DNA of 64,000 bases from Candidatus Microgenomatus sp. (GCA_020724555.1 DYGT01000001.1:65197-129196), one strand, 5' to 3'; positions 28,339 through 39,340 are shown, numbered from the stretch's first letter. Translations and numbers: made by a program. The notes: generated from the letters alone by a model not told the origin.

Positions 28339-29052
28339 TTACTCAGTTCCCACAGTCACAATAATGTCATAGCCGCTGGTTGAGAGCAACGCATCGCCCA
28401 TTTCCACGCTGTACGTATCACTTAATGCGTCTTCTATCATTTGCAATACTTGCTCGGGGACTGTTTCTTTTGCCTGAATCACCGTAGCCTCATAATCATA
28501 TTTTGTGGCATTACCAATGTTTGCTATTTCAAAACCAGCCTCTTCCAATAGACTTCCCACACTTCCCGCAGCTCCAATTTGCCCAGATCCATTTAGCACA
28601 CTTACTTTATAAGAAGAAACGTCGATTTCTTCACCCGGAATTGGCGACGGACTCGGCTCTTGTGGAGTGGGTGTCGGTGAAAGCACCTGTGGCGCTTGTG
28701 TGGGCTTTAGTACTGACTCTTCTATTTGGGATAGGCCGGTAAAGTAAACATATACTCCACCCGCCACAAAGCCAACGACTACAGCGGAAATAACAGTTAC
28801 CAATAAAATGAGCTTATAATCGGTTTTTCCTGAAGGAGAATCGCCTGCCGAATGCTTATCGCTTATAATTTCTCTGGCTTTTTCCTCGGGGCTTATTTCT
28901 TCTTTTGGTTCAACCGCTCCTGGAGTTACCTGTTCGGCACCCTTCTCCTCTTGTGTTTGTTGGGTTTCCCCTACCGGCCCTGATGCCACTTCCTCAATCA
29001 CCGGCCGAATGCGTTTTTTTTCTTTTCCTGGGGGCATAATCCATTTTAACAA
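28339..29052 (-). CDS. LytR_C domain-containing membrane protein
   Basis: Single TM followed by a C-terminal LytR_C-like domain (VSVLNGSGQIGAAGSVGSLLEEAGFEI). Confidence 0.55.
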   Translation of the reverse strand: MLKWIMPPGKEKKRIRPVIEEVASGPVGETQQTQEEKGAEQVTPGAVEPKEEISPEEKAREIISDKHSAGDSPSGKTDYKLILLVTVISAVVVGFVAGGVYVYFTGLSQIEESVLKPTQAPQVLSPTPTPQEPSPSPIPGEEIDVSSYKVSVLNGSGQIGAAGSVGSLLEEAGFEIANIGNATKYDYEATVIQAKETVPEQVLQMIEDALSDTYSVEMGDALLSTSGYDIIVTVGTE

Positions 29053-29091
29053 AAGATTATGAATTTAATCAAGAATTCAAAGAAGTGAGTA

Positions 29092-30726
29092 TCAGAGGCC
29101 GCCCATACCGCCGGGCATACCACCGCCCATATCGGGATTGCTTTTTTCTTCTTCCGGAATATCGGTCACTAATGCTTCTGTCGTTAAGACCATCATAGCA
29201 ACCGAAGCCGCGTTCTGAAGAGCCGAACGGGTAACTTTGACCGGATCCAAAATTCCAAAAGTAAACATTGAGCCAAACTGGTTAGTCAAAACGTTATAAC
29301 CGTAATCCGGGTCTTTATTTTCTTCTATTTTTCGAAGGATATATCCATCGTCCTCACCAGCATTCTTAACCAACCAACGAGTTGGCTGCTCTAAAGCACT
29401 ATACACAATGTCAATACCAATCTGCTCGTCTTTAATATTACTTGTAACCTTGGCAACGGCTTGTCTGGCTTTTAGAAAAGCAATCCCCCCTCCCGGAACG
29501 ATTCCTTCTTCAATGGCAGCCTTAGTCGCTCCTACCGCATCTTTGACACGCTCCTTTTTCTCATTTAGCTCTACCTCTGTAGCCGCCCCTACATTAATCT
29601 GGGCAACTCCACCGGAAAGTTTGGCCAAGCGCTCTTCCAATTTTTCGCGGTCAAAATCACTGTCTGTATTTTCTATCTGAATCTTAATCTGAGCAATACG
29701 TGCCTTTATGTCGTCTGTTTTTCCTGCTCCGCCAATTATTCTGGTGTTGTCTTTGTCGGACCATACTTTGTCGGCTCGCCCCAGGTCTGTTACTTCCACA
29801 GATTCAAATGTGCGCCCGGTATCTTCTGATATCACTGTCCCGCCTGTTAAAACGGCGATATCGCTAAGCATCTCTTTTCTTCGATCACCAAAGCCAGGGG
29901 CTTTAACAGCCAAAACATTAAACGCACCTCTTAATTTATTAACTACCAAGGTGGCCAAGGCTTCGCCTTCAATGTCGTCGGCGATAATGACCAAGTTTTT
30001 GCTTACTTTGACAAATTTTTCCAAAAAAGGAAGAAGTTCCTGGATTGAGCTTATTTTTTTGTCGGTTAAAAGTATATATGCATCTTCAATTTCTGCCTCC
30101 ATGCGCTCGGGATTGGTCACAAAATAAGCGCTTGCATATCCCCGGTCAAACTCCATGCCTTCTTTGTATTCAATCTCTATTTCAAGTCCTCGCCCTTCCT
30201 CAACGGTTACCACGCCGTCACGGCCGACTTTATCCAAAGCTTCGGCAATTTGTTTGCCTATAGTTTGGCTTCCGGCGCTCACTGTAGCGACTTGTTCGAT
30301 TTCTGCTTTATCTTTGATGGGTTTGGCAATCTTTTTAAGCTCAGCTATTGCAGCGTCAACAGCCATTTCCATACCACGCTTAACAATCATGGGGTTGGCG
30401 CCAGCCGTGATATTTTTAAGCCCAGCTTTAGCCATTTCCCGAGCTAACAGAGTTGAAGTGGTCGTGCCGTCTCCTGCTGCGTCATTGGTTTTACTGGCAG
30501 CTTCCTTGACAATCTGGGCTCCCATATTTTCAAACGGGTCAGCTAAATCAATTTCTTTGGCGACAGATACTCCGTCGTGAACAATATTTGGCGCTCCCCA
30601 TTTTTTATCCAAAGCCACGTTTCTGCCTTTAGGACCAAGAGTGGTGACCACTGCCTTAGCAACGGTATCAATGCCCGTCAGCAAAGATTTTCTGGCTTCA
30701 TCTGAAAATTGTAATTGTTTTGCCAT
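29092..30726 (-). CDS. groL: Chaperonin GroEL
   Basis: 544 aa with a highly conserved GroEL sequence and the C-terminal GGM repeats. Confidence 0.95.
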   Translation of the reverse strand: MAKQLQFSDEARKSLLTGIDTVAKAVVTTLGPKGRNVALDKKWGAPNIVHDGVSVAKEIDLADPFENMGAQIVKEAASKTNDAAGDGTTTSTLLAREMAKAGLKNITAGANPMIVKRGMEMAVDAAIAELKKIAKPIKDKAEIEQVATVSAGSQTIGKQIAEALDKVGRDGVVTVEEGRGLEIEIEYKEGMEFDRGYASAYFVTNPERMEAEIEDAYILLTDKKISSIQELLPFLEKFVKVSKNLVIIADDIEGEALATLVVNKLRGAFNVLAVKAPGFGDRRKEMLSDIAVLTGGTVISEDTGRTFESVEVTDLGRADKVWSDKDNTRIIGGAGKTDDIKARIAQIKIQIENTDSDFDREKLEERLAKLSGGVAQINVGAATEVELNEKKERVKDAVGATKAAIEEGIVPGGGIAFLKARQAVAKVTSNIKDEQIGIDIVYSALEQPTRWLVKNAGEDDGYILRKIEENKDPDYGYNVLTNQFGSMFTFGILDPVKVTRSALQNAASVAMMVLTTEALVTDIPEEEKSNPDMGGGMPGGMGGL

Positions 30727-30752
30727 AGTAATTTTAAAAAATAACCGATTTT

Positions 30753-31070
30753 TTAGCTCTTTTCAATGGCTAAAATATCGTCAAATTTTGAAAACAAATA
30801 TTCTTTTCCGTTAATCTTTACTTCAGATCCGCCCCATTTTTTGTAAATGACAATATCGCCAACTTTGGCAGGGCTTACCCTTTTTGTACCGCTATCGGTA
30901 ATCTCATCCGGCCCCACGGCCAAGACTTTTCCTTTTTGTGGCTTTTCAGTGTCAGCGCTGTCCGGCAAATAAATTCCTGAGCTGGTTTTAGTTTCGGCTT
31001 CAAATGGCTTAAGCAGCAAATAACCCGCGGTGGGGTGAAGATTTATTTTATTTGTCTTTTTGTTTGCCAT
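30753..31070 (-). CDS. groS: Co-chaperonin GroES
   Basis: GroES fold sequence. Start chosen at MANKK; the ORF track extends it to 31103. Confidence 0.85.
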   Translation of the reverse strand: MANKKTNKINLHPTAGYLLLKPFEAETKTSSGIYLPDSADTEKPQKGKVLAVGPDEITDSGTKRVSPAKVGDIVIYKKWGGSEVKINGKEYLFSKFDDILAIEKS

Positions 31071-31096
31071 ATCTTCTTTGTATTTAGTATTATATG

Positions 31097-31123
31097 TTAG
31101 CACTCAATTCTGTCAAGTGCTTG
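31097..31123. promoter_or_regulatory. CIRCE-like inverted repeat (HrcA operator) upstream of groES-groEL
   Basis: TTAGCACTC-N9-AAGTGCTTG against the consensus TTAGCACTC-N9-GAGTGCTAA: the left arm is perfect and the right arm matches 6 of 9. Confidence 0.5.
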
Positions 31124-31173
31124 GTATCGCAAAGTATTTTAAAAAAACAAACCTTTAATTGTCAAGGGGTTAT

Positions 31174-31575
31174 TTAGTTAGCTTTTTTCTCATGAAATTT
31201 TTTAAGCTTAATATCAAAAGTTGCAAGCTTTGCCCAAGCTTTTTTCGTAAGACAACTCAAATATATATCCACCAAAGTCAAGCTTTTATTTGAAGAGTAT
31301 AAATCCAAAGCGCAAAAAAGTTCCTTTTTATTAATTGTTTTTATATATTTTTCTTCAAGAAGCACCCGCATATTATCGGCGATATCTGCTCTATCAACCT
31401 TATAGAGCTTTTCTAAAACAAACACCACCTCAAATAAAACCTGCGGAATAAGTCTGACCGTCTGCTTTTTATCTTTTGCTTCTAAAAAAAGTTTCCGAGC
31501 CTTTGCGTAATAAGTCTTATTGTCATTCAAAAGAAACCTTAAAATAACATTTGTATCAACAAAAACTTCACTCAC
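31174..31575 (-). CDS. vapC: PIN-domain toxin (VapC-like)
   Basis: N-terminal VFVDTNVIL PIN signature. Overlaps the upstream antitoxin gene. Confidence 0.75.
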   Translation of the reverse strand: MSEVFVDTNVILRFLLNDNKTYYAKARKLFLEAKDKKQTVRLIPQVLFEVVFVLEKLYKVDRADIADNMRVLLEEKYIKTINKKELFCALDLYSSNKSLTLVDIYLSCLTKKAWAKLATFDIKLKKFHEKKAN

Positions 31576-31834
31576 TCAACATACCTTTCTCTATTGCCTT
31601 TTCCTCAAGGGCCAAAACATCATTTATAGATTTATTTTTTAAGGCTTTAGACTGAAATACTCCTGCTAAAGAAGCTATATCTTTGTGAGGTAATACCAAA
31701 ATGGATTTACCTTTTCTTTGCACTTTTACTTTTGCACCAACGGAAAGCCCAACAACATCTCTTACCTGCTTGGGGATAGTGACCTGTCCTTTTTGTGTAA
31801 TGGTGGTTACAAAGTCCATAAGTAATACTAACAT
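31568..31834 (-). CDS. vapB: AbrB/MazE/SpoVT-type antitoxin (VapB-like)
   Basis: ITQKGQVTIPKQVRDVVGL swapped-hairpin motif. The 8-nt overlap with the PIN gene is typical of toxin-antitoxin pairs. Confidence 0.7.
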   Translation of the reverse strand: MLVLLMDFVTTITQKGQVTIPKQVRDVVGLSVGAKVKVQRKGKSILVLPHKDIASLAGVFQSKALKNKSINDVLALEEKAIEKGMLSE

Positions 31835-31883
31835 AAAATGTATTACGATGTCAATTAGTTGTACTGGCAGTGAAAAAATCTTT

Positions 31884-32786
31884 TCATTTTAGCATCAAAC
31901 CACGGGAGGCAAGCTTTTGAATAACCCTTTTATCCCAGTCTACGGGGTGAAAAAAGGCGCGAGTTCTAGTAACTTCTTCTCTAGTTTTATGTCGCCCCAT
32001 ATAAATATTTTGAATCCAAAAACATACAGGCTCAACAATAATTCCAATAAGTTGGCAGGCATATTTTCGTTTTTCTATATACGACATATGGTTTTCTACC
32101 TTCTTTTTTCTTGATGCATTTGGCCAGTATTTTTTATACCAAAAATTTTGCAGCATAAATTTTTCATAAATTTTGTTTTTATTTACCAAAGGAATAATTT
32201 GGGCTATTTCATGGGCGGCAAATAAGCTTGGTTTTATTTCTAAATTATCCTCAGCCAGCCACATGTTAAGGCAAAGCATATCTTTTTCTTCTTTATGCCT
32301 AAAGCGTCGAACGGGCACACCGTTTATTTTTAGAAGGGTGTGTACCAACAAACGGGTTGCCCAAAGTGTATTTTTTTGCGTGATTATCATTAAATCAACA
32401 TCATCTTTGGCTTTAGCGTTGTGCATGGCCAAAGACCCGGTTATTCCCACAAATAAAACGCTTGGTATTTTTGCAATAATACTTGCTCCATCTTGGGCTA
32501 TTTTCAATTTTCTTTTTGATATATCGGACCGCAATTTTCGTGTTTTTATAATATTTTCTCTGCCTTGTAGGAAAAAATAACCTTTTTTCTTTGAAGCTTT
32601 GGGTTGTACTCTAAAATCAAACACCCCGCTCCCCATTTGCCAACGGTCAAGTTCCAAGCTTGTTAAAGGGTAGGAAAAAAGATCGTGGTAAACAAGAGAG
32701 GCTAGACTACTGCGTTTGCGTTGTACTGACAAGGCCATATTGAGATAAAACTTGCTGTACTCCAGCGGCTGTAGTTTGCAAGGCAC
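31884..32786 (-). CDS. Nucleotidyltransferase-fold protein (Pol-beta superfamily)
   Basis: GITGSLAMHNAKAKDDVDLMII carries the G[GS]...D.D nucleotidyltransferase motif. The true start may be an internal Met (MALSVQ). Confidence 0.5.
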   Translation of the reverse strand: MPCKLQPLEYSKFYLNMALSVQRKRSSLASLVYHDLFSYPLTSLELDRWQMGSGVFDFRVQPKASKKKGYFFLQGRENIIKTRKLRSDISKRKLKIAQDGASIIAKIPSVLFVGITGSLAMHNAKAKDDVDLMIITQKNTLWATRLLVHTLLKINGVPVRRFRHKEEKDMLCLNMWLAEDNLEIKPSLFAAHEIAQIIPLVNKNKIYEKFMLQNFWYKKYWPNASRKKKVENHMSYIEKRKYACQLIGIIVEPVCFWIQNIYMGRHKTREEVTRTRAFFHPVDWDKRVIQKLASRGLMLK

Positions 32787-34392
32787 TTACTGTATCACCT
32801 GCGTTTATCGCATCCAGATAATAATCACCAATGCGGCTGTTGATACCGGTTTCTCCGTCATGGGTGCGACTTGCCAAATACCAACTTTTCGCATTCGGGG
32901 CCAGACGAATGATTCCCCCCAAAATTGGGTCCGAAGAAATTAAATCTTGCATATCTGGTCTTGGATATGGCTCACCAAACAAACGGGCGGCAGAAGCTTG
33001 GGTATAAAACTTGATGAGTGTCTCTTTCTGGGTTAAGTAATCTAAAAACTCCCACGCTTCTTTTGCGCGCTCGCTTCTTTCCCAAACACCCTCTACCCAA
33101 TAAGTCGCATAAGTTAAGTCGGGTTCATTGGGGTCGTCTTTTCTTAATTGTGGAACGGGCACGACACGAAACTTAAGCGATGGATTCAAATCAGCAATTT
33201 CCAGCGCTCTCCAAGATGGGCCAAAATACATTGCCAAGTCTCCATTGGCAAACATAATTGTTGAGGGCGGCAAAGTTTTGTCCCAAGCACTAAAGCGGCG
33301 GTTTATAGCTTTATAATAGTCAAGGGCACTACTTGCCAAATTGTTTGTGGGATTAACCAAACTGGCTCCGTTTTGAAGCATCATAAGAGCCACTATTTCC
33401 TGCCAGTGGTCAACGTTTTCGGTTAACCCCATGGCAACGCCCGCTTGCTGGATAACACCATTTTCATCTTTAATAGTAAGCTCAAGTGCCAATTCCAAAA
33501 GCTCATCCCAAGTGGTCGGCGGAGTTTTACCATAGGTGTTAAAAATTTCTTCATTGACATAAAGACCTAACCCGTCATACATCAGAGGCATTCCCACAAT
33601 TTCAGCGCCAACGGTCAAGTCAGACACGGCAACAGGGTAAAACGTTTGCGCAAACTCTTGGGCCGTCATAACCGAACTAGGCATAGCAGAAAGTTCGCTT
33701 TTAAACATGGGTACCCAGGAATTATGAATGCGAAAAATATCCGGCCCTTCACCGCGGGCCAAAGAATTCATCAAGCGCTCCCGGTAATCCTCTTTGGATT
33801 GTGCTTCATAATTTATTTTTATCCCCGGATGGCTGGCCTCATAATCCGCTATTATTGGCCCAACAACTGTTTCATCTTCCCAAAGGCCCCACCAGGTTAT
33901 TGTTGCTTCACCGTCGTCCATAATTCCCAAACTTGGTAGTATAAATCTCCAAATTGAAAAAGCCAGTCCTAATAAAAGAATAATCAGCAAAGAAATAACA
34001 ACAAGCTTTTTAGGAAAACTTTTTTTGGGTTTTGATCCTTCGCTTGTAGCAACCACTTCCGGCGGTTTATCGACCGGAGGCGCCGGAGGGATCTCTGAAA
34101 TAGGTTTTGCTGCGGAACCTGCGGGCAGACCGCTTTGGGTATTTATAGCTGTACCAGATGCTGCAGAGGGCGGAGTCTGGAAAACCGGCGGGGTTGGATT
34201 TATAGGAGATTGCATGTTTTGAGGCTGAACCTCAACGGGTTTTGGCTCGGGTGGCTGCGACACGGGCGGGGTTTTAGTTTGCGGGCTGGCTGAACCAATG
34301 GGTGCCGGTGGAGGCGAAACCGCCTCATCGCCGGACGGCGGAAAGATTGGTATGGGTTGATCGCGTTGGTCTTGTGGGTTTTGAGCAGCCAT
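32707..34392 (-). CDS. ABC transporter substrate-binding protein (family 1, sugar-type) with a Pro-rich N-terminal region and a TM anchor
   Basis: SBP_bac_1-like core (TWWGLWEDE...YEAQSKEDYRERL). Start chosen at MAAQNP to avoid overlap with the VanW gene; the ORF track gives 34446. Confidence 0.65.
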   Translation of the reverse strand: MAAQNPQDQRDQPIPIFPPSGDEAVSPPPAPIGSASPQTKTPPVSQPPEPKPVEVQPQNMQSPINPTPPVFQTPPSAASGTAINTQSGLPAGSAAKPISEIPPAPPVDKPPEVVATSEGSKPKKSFPKKLVVISLLIILLLGLAFSIWRFILPSLGIMDDGEATITWWGLWEDETVVGPIIADYEASHPGIKINYEAQSKEDYRERLMNSLARGEGPDIFRIHNSWVPMFKSELSAMPSSVMTAQEFAQTFYPVAVSDLTVGAEIVGMPLMYDGLGLYVNEEIFNTYGKTPPTTWDELLELALELTIKDENGVIQQAGVAMGLTENVDHWQEIVALMMLQNGASLVNPTNNLASSALDYYKAINRRFSAWDKTLPPSTIMFANGDLAMYFGPSWRALEIADLNPSLKFRVVPVPQLRKDDPNEPDLTYATYWVEGVWERSERAKEAWEFLDYLTQKETLIKFYTQASAARLFGEPYPRPDMQDLISSDPILGGIIRLAPNAKSWYLASRTHDGETGINSRIGDYYLDAINAGDTVSALQTTAAGVQQVLSQYGLVSTTQTQ

Positions 34393-34403
34393 CTTTAAAA
34401 TAA

Positions 34404-36185
34404 ATGATATCATACAAGAATATGACAAGTAAGATAAAACGGTCATTAACTATTGGATTTATAGCGACTCCTGTCGGAGTCTTAATAATTTTGGCACTTT
34501 TTTATATAGCACATTACGGCCGTATCTACCCGGGCATAAGCATTACCAAAATACAGGTGGGAGGCAAAAACAAAACACAAGCCCTAGAAGCTATCAAAAA
34601 AACTCCAATTCCTGCCGAGTTAGAATTATTCTACCCACAGCTACCCAACCAGAAATTTACTATTTCATTAAAAGAAATTGGCTTTAGCTATGAATATGAC
34701 AAAAGTGTAGAAGAGGCATATTTGCTAGGCAGAGAGGGCAATTTCCAAAAAGACATAAGCACAATAGTCTGGGCTGCCAAAAACAAAATTAACTTGCCTC
34801 TTAAATTTAGCTATAACCAGGAAAGACTAAACGAGTACGTTTCCGTAATCGCCGGTCAGGTTTCCGACGAGCCCGTTTATCCCAAGGCCATTAAGAGCAA
34901 CGGTCAAATAAAAGTTGAGACAGGGCGTGCCGGCCACGAGCTTAACCAACACGAGCTTAAAGAAACAATTATTACCCGCTTATCCATGGCAAACTTTTCT
35001 CCCATTCAAATCACCACTGAACAAGTAAACCCCGAGATTGATAACGACCAAGCGCAAATGCTTAAAACGCGCGCGGAAAAATTGATCGGTAAAAGCTTGA
35101 CGCTTAAACATGAGTATCAAGAAATTTTTTTAGACGACAGCGTTTTAATCAGCTTTTTAACAAGCCCAAAACAATATAACGAGTTTGCAATTGAAACATT
35201 TATAGAAAACCACAAAACAAGTGTCGAGCGGCCGGCACAAAATCCTACTTTTATTTTTATAAACGAAAACGGCTCCCAAGCCAAAGTGCAGGAATTTACG
35301 CCGGCAAAAGCCGGAATTGAGATAGACAAAAAGGCTTTAATGCAAGAGTTAACCAGTGCCATTTCAAAACTTGAAAATGAAAGCGTAAACGAGCTGACAC
35401 TGAATATCGTTGTCAAAGAAACACCGCCGGATTATCAAACAGAGGACGTAAATAACCTTGGTATAAAAGAACTTATCGGGCGCGGTGAATCGAACTTTCG
35501 CGGTTCAGATGCCTCTCGTATTTACAACATTAATCTGGCTGCCGACAGGATCAACGGCTCTCTGATTGCGCCCGGAGAGATTTTCTCCTTTAATCAAGCA
35601 CTGGGAGACGTTTCCAAATTCACGGGTTATAAAGAAGCTTATGTAATACAGGACGGTAAAACCGTCTTGGGGGACGGCGGCGGCGTTTGTCAGGTATCAA
35701 CCACACTTTTTAGAGCTGCCTTAGACGCCGGGCTACCAATTACCGAGCGGCGTGCACATTCATACCGCGTGGGTTATTACGAACAAGGATACCCTCCAGG
35801 GCTCGATGCCACTGTCTATTCACCCACTACCGATTTAAAATTTAAAAACGACACACCGGCACACATTTTAATCCAAGCATATCCGGATACTCAAAATTTA
35901 ACTTTAGTGTTTGAGCTTTACGGCACCAGCGACGGCAGAATTGCCACCACTACAAACCCAGTAATCACTTCGTCGATCGCCCCCGGAGAAGATGTTTACA
36001 TAGATGACCCCACCATTCCCACAGGACAAACAAAACAAATTGAATATAAAGCTTGGGGTGCAAAAGTGGAGTTTGACTACAAAGTAGAACGAAACGGCGA
36101 AATCATTTACGAAAAGACTTTTTACAGCAATTACAAACCCTGGCAGGCGGTGTATCTTCGCGGCACCGGACCGGCAGAACAATAA
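34404..36185 (+). CDS. VanW family protein
   Basis: N-terminal TM plus the VanW domain (GGGVCQVSTTLFRAALDAG...ERRAHSY). Confidence 0.75.
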   Translation: MISYKNMTSKIKRSLTIGFIATPVGVLIILALFYIAHYGRIYPGISITKIQVGGKNKTQALEAIKKTPIPAELELFYPQLPNQKFTISLKEIGFSYEYDKSVEEAYLLGREGNFQKDISTIVWAAKNKINLPLKFSYNQERLNEYVSVIAGQVSDEPVYPKAIKSNGQIKVETGRAGHELNQHELKETIITRLSMANFSPIQITTEQVNPEIDNDQAQMLKTRAEKLIGKSLTLKHEYQEIFLDDSVLISFLTSPKQYNEFAIETFIENHKTSVERPAQNPTFIFINENGSQAKVQEFTPAKAGIEIDKKALMQELTSAISKLENESVNELTLNIVVKETPPDYQTEDVNNLGIKELIGRGESNFRGSDASRIYNINLAADRINGSLIAPGEIFSFNQALGDVSKFTGYKEAYVIQDGKTVLGDGGGVCQVSTTLFRAALDAGLPITERRAHSYRVGYYEQGYPPGLDATVYSPTTDLKFKNDTPAHILIQAYPDTQNLTLVFELYGTSDGRIATTTNPVITSSIAPGEDVYIDDPTIPTGQTKQIEYKAWGAKVEFDYKVERNGEIIYEKTFYSNYKPWQAVYLRGTGPAEQ

Positions 36186-36189
36186 ACCT

Positions 36190-37209
36190 ATGAATATTTT
36201 AGCCATTGAAACCAGCTGTGACGAAACCGGGGCTGCGGTCATAAAAAACGGAAATACCATTCTGTCCAACGTAGTTGCCACATCCCAAGCGCTTCACGCC
36301 AAAACAGGCGGCATAATCCCGGAAACCGCCGCACGACAGCAGCTCTCCTCGATTCACCCGGTAATTGATGAGGCAATGACATTCGCTCAAGTAACAAAAA
36401 ATGATATCGACGCAATTGCGGTGACTATCGGTCCGGGATTAATTGGTTCTCTTCTTGTTGGCGTGGAAACCGCCAAAACTTTAAGTTATTTATGGAAAAA
36501 GCCGCTTATTCCTGTAAACCATTTGCTTGGCCATGTTTACGCAAATTTTATAAATAACTCACCAAAATTTCCCGCCATAGCATTGGTTGTATCAGGCGGA
36601 CACACAGACATGATTTATTTAGAAGGCCACCCGATAACTGCAAAAGTAAAACTCCTGGGCAGCACCCAAGACGACGCCGCCGGAGAAGCTTTTGATAAAA
36701 TCGCACGACTTTTGGGGTTGCCCTACCCCGGAGGACCAAAATTGGCGCAAATGGCCGATGTCTATCTTAAAAATAACCCCCAAGTAAAGCTGGATCTTTT
36801 CCCCAGACCACTTTTTAATTCTAATGATTTTAATTTCAGCTTTTCCGGGCTTAAAACAGCGGTAAGAAATTATCTAAAAAATGTCCCGGACGCAGACAAA
36901 TCGTTTGTGGCCGCCCAGGTCCAAGCTGCAGTTGTCGATGTAATTGTTAAAAAATCAACCTTTGCTTTAGAAAAATATAGGCCTTCATCTTTTTTGCTTG
37001 CGGGCGGAGTAGCAGCCAATAATATGCTTCGGAAAAATTTGGGCTATAGTATTGAGAATATAGGGAGGTCTAGCCAGTTGCACATACCTCTAGTAAATTT
37101 GTGCACGGATAACGCAGCTTATATTGGGGTATGCGCTTTTTATAACTACAGGCCATATTCTTGGAAAAAAATTGCCGCCAATCCGGAGCTTACAATCGTT
37201 GAGCTTTAA
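36190..37209 (+). CDS. tsaD: tRNA N6-adenosine threonylcarbamoyltransferase TsaD (Kae1/YgjD)
   Basis: N-terminal ILAIETSCDETGAAV signature. Confidence 0.9.
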   Translation: MNILAIETSCDETGAAVIKNGNTILSNVVATSQALHAKTGGIIPETAARQQLSSIHPVIDEAMTFAQVTKNDIDAIAVTIGPGLIGSLLVGVETAKTLSYLWKKPLIPVNHLLGHVYANFINNSPKFPAIALVVSGGHTDMIYLEGHPITAKVKLLGSTQDDAAGEAFDKIARLLGLPYPGGPKLAQMADVYLKNNPQVKLDLFPRPLFNSNDFNFSFSGLKTAVRNYLKNVPDADKSFVAAQVQAAVVDVIVKKSTFALEKYRPSSFLLAGGVAANNMLRKNLGYSIENIGRSSQLHIPLVNLCTDNAAYIGVCAFYNYRPYSWKKIAANPELTIVEL

Positions 37210-37228
37210 ACTCCTACCCGCTATACTT

Positions 37229-39340
37229 ATGCCAATGGAAAAACAATATAACCACATAAAATACGAGGCGGGAATTTATGCATTGTGGGAAAAAGCAAAT
37301 GCATTTGCTCCGCAAGAAGTAAACAAAAAAAATTTAAAAAAATCTAAAAAATCATTTTCTATTATCATGCCCCCGCCCAATGCCAATGAAGATTTACACA
37401 TCGGACACGCTCGTTTTGTGGCTATTGAAGACATCCTCATTCGCCACGCCCGAATGAAGGGTTTAGCCACTTTATGGTTGCCCGGAGCAGACCATGCAGG
37501 CATTGAAACTCAGTATGTTTTTGAAAAAAAATTAAAAGAACAAGGAAAAAGCCGCTTTGATTATGAACGCGAAGATTTGTATAAAATGCTTTGGGATTAT
37601 GTCCATAAATATAAAGACAGTATGTACGACCAACTTAAAAGATTGGGCGCCTCCTGCGACTGGAGCCGTGAAAAATTTACCTTAGACCCCGAAATCATCG
37701 CGATCGTAAAACAAACATTTAAGTCTTTATACGACGAAGGCATGGTTTACAGAGATGAACAATTGGTTAATTATTGCCCCAATTGCGGCACTTCATTTTC
37801 AGAACTTGAGATAGATTATGTGGAACGAGATGACCTTATGTATTATCTTGACTACGGGACCGTTACCATCGCAACCACAAGGCCTGAAACCATTTTTGCA
37901 GACGTTGCCATAGCTGTTAACCCCCAGGACAGCAGGTATAAAAAACTGATAGGTAAAAAGGCTACCATTCCTTTAATTAACAGACAGATCCCGATAATTA
38001 AAGACTCCGCGGTTGACAAAAAACTAGGAACTGGAGCTTTAAAAGTAACACCGGCACACGACCCGACCGACTTTGAAATAAGAAAAAGACACAATCTCCC
38101 AACCGTATCCGTAATCGACAGTGAAGGTAAAATGATAAATACCCCACCGGAATACATAGGCTTGCGCGTGGCAGATGCACGTCGAAAAGTTGTTTCTATG
38201 CTTAAAGACCGGGGTGTTCTTATAAAAGAAGTGCCAATCCGCCATGCTGTTGCTACGTGTTATAAATGCAAAAACACAATCGAACCCATGATCTCAAAAC
38301 AGTGGTTTATAAAGGTTAAACCACTTACTAAAGACGCACTTTTAGCAATACGAAAAAAACAAGTAAAATTTGCAAAAGATAAATATAAAAAGATTGCCGT
38401 TCACTGGCTTAAAAATTTGAAAGACTGGAATATTAGCCGGCAAATAGTATGGGGAATCCAAATACCTGCCTGGAGATGTGATCAATGCATGGAGTGGGTT
38501 GTAACAGCAGGGGAAACTCCAAACAAGTGCCCTAATTGCAAAGCCAGCTCTTTTACACAGGAAACCGACACCTTTGACACCTGGTTTAGCTCGAGCCAAT
38601 GGCCATTTGCTACCCTAATGACAACGGGAAAAAATGACTTTAAGCGCTTTTATCCCACTTCTGTTATGGAAACCGCTTATGATATTTTACCTTTTTGGGT
38701 GATTAGAATGATCATGCTTGGTTTATATAAAACTAAAAATGTGCCTTTTAATAACGTCCTTATCCACGGCCTTGTCCGCGACAAAAATGGCCAAAAAATT
38801 AGCAAATCCAAAGGTAATGTTATAAATCCCTTGGTTATGGTAGACAAATATGGGGCGGACGCCTTGCGTATGGGATTAATATGGGGGACTCTCATAGAAA
38901 ACGATATTTCTCTTTCAGAAGAAAACATCCGCGGACAAAGAAACTTTGCCAATAAGCTTTGGAATGTCGCGCGTTTTGTATCACTCAACCAAAGCCAACT
39001 AAAAGCTATGTCGCGCGCTCCCCGTTCCCAAAACAAAAACGACCACGCTATTATTAAAAAGCTTCGCCGCACTGCTAAAATTATTGATAAAGAAATAGAA
39101 AACTACCGACTGAACCAAGCCGCAGAAAACCTTTACAATTTCATTTGGAAGGATTTTGCCAATGATTATTTAGAATCAACAAAATCCCGCCGCAGCAAAG
39201 CCCAACCCACCCTGGAATATATCCTTTCTGAGTCTATAAAAATGGCCCACCCGTTTATGCCGTTTATAACCGAAGCTATTTGGCAAAACCTATACGGAAA
39301 CTCACAAAAGCCGTTAATTTTTCAGTCCTGGCCCAAATGA
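37229..39340 (+). CDS. valS: Valine--tRNA ligase (short form lacking the C-terminal coiled coil)
   Basis: HIGH region PPPNANEDLHIGHA, KMSKS as KISKSKGNVI, and the ValRS-type WFSSSQWPF. Start chosen at MPMEKQ (37229); the track ORF starts at 37124 and overlaps tsaD. Confidence 0.8.
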   Translation: MPMEKQYNHIKYEAGIYALWEKANAFAPQEVNKKNLKKSKKSFSIIMPPPNANEDLHIGHARFVAIEDILIRHARMKGLATLWLPGADHAGIETQYVFEKKLKEQGKSRFDYEREDLYKMLWDYVHKYKDSMYDQLKRLGASCDWSREKFTLDPEIIAIVKQTFKSLYDEGMVYRDEQLVNYCPNCGTSFSELEIDYVERDDLMYYLDYGTVTIATTRPETIFADVAIAVNPQDSRYKKLIGKKATIPLINRQIPIIKDSAVDKKLGTGALKVTPAHDPTDFEIRKRHNLPTVSVIDSEGKMINTPPEYIGLRVADARRKVVSMLKDRGVLIKEVPIRHAVATCYKCKNTIEPMISKQWFIKVKPLTKDALLAIRKKQVKFAKDKYKKIAVHWLKNLKDWNISRQIVWGIQIPAWRCDQCMEWVVTAGETPNKCPNCKASSFTQETDTFDTWFSSSQWPFATLMTTGKNDFKRFYPTSVMETAYDILPFWVIRMIMLGLYKTKNVPFNNVLIHGLVRDKNGQKISKSKGNVINPLVMVDKYGADALRMGLIWGTLIENDISLSEENIRGQRNFANKLWNVARFVSLNQSQLKAMSRAPRSQNKNDHAIIKKLRRTAKIIDKEIENYRLNQAAENLYNFIWKDFANDYLESTKSRRSKAQPTLEYILSESIKMAHPFMPFITEAIWQNLYGNSQKPLIFQSWPK

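Noticed and set aside
29408-30580. Several plus-strand ORFs (90-141 aa) antisense to groEL
   Set aside because: They are entirely contained within the highly conserved groEL CDS on the opposite strand. Their low-complexity Ser/Ala/Pro composition is typical of antisense artefacts.
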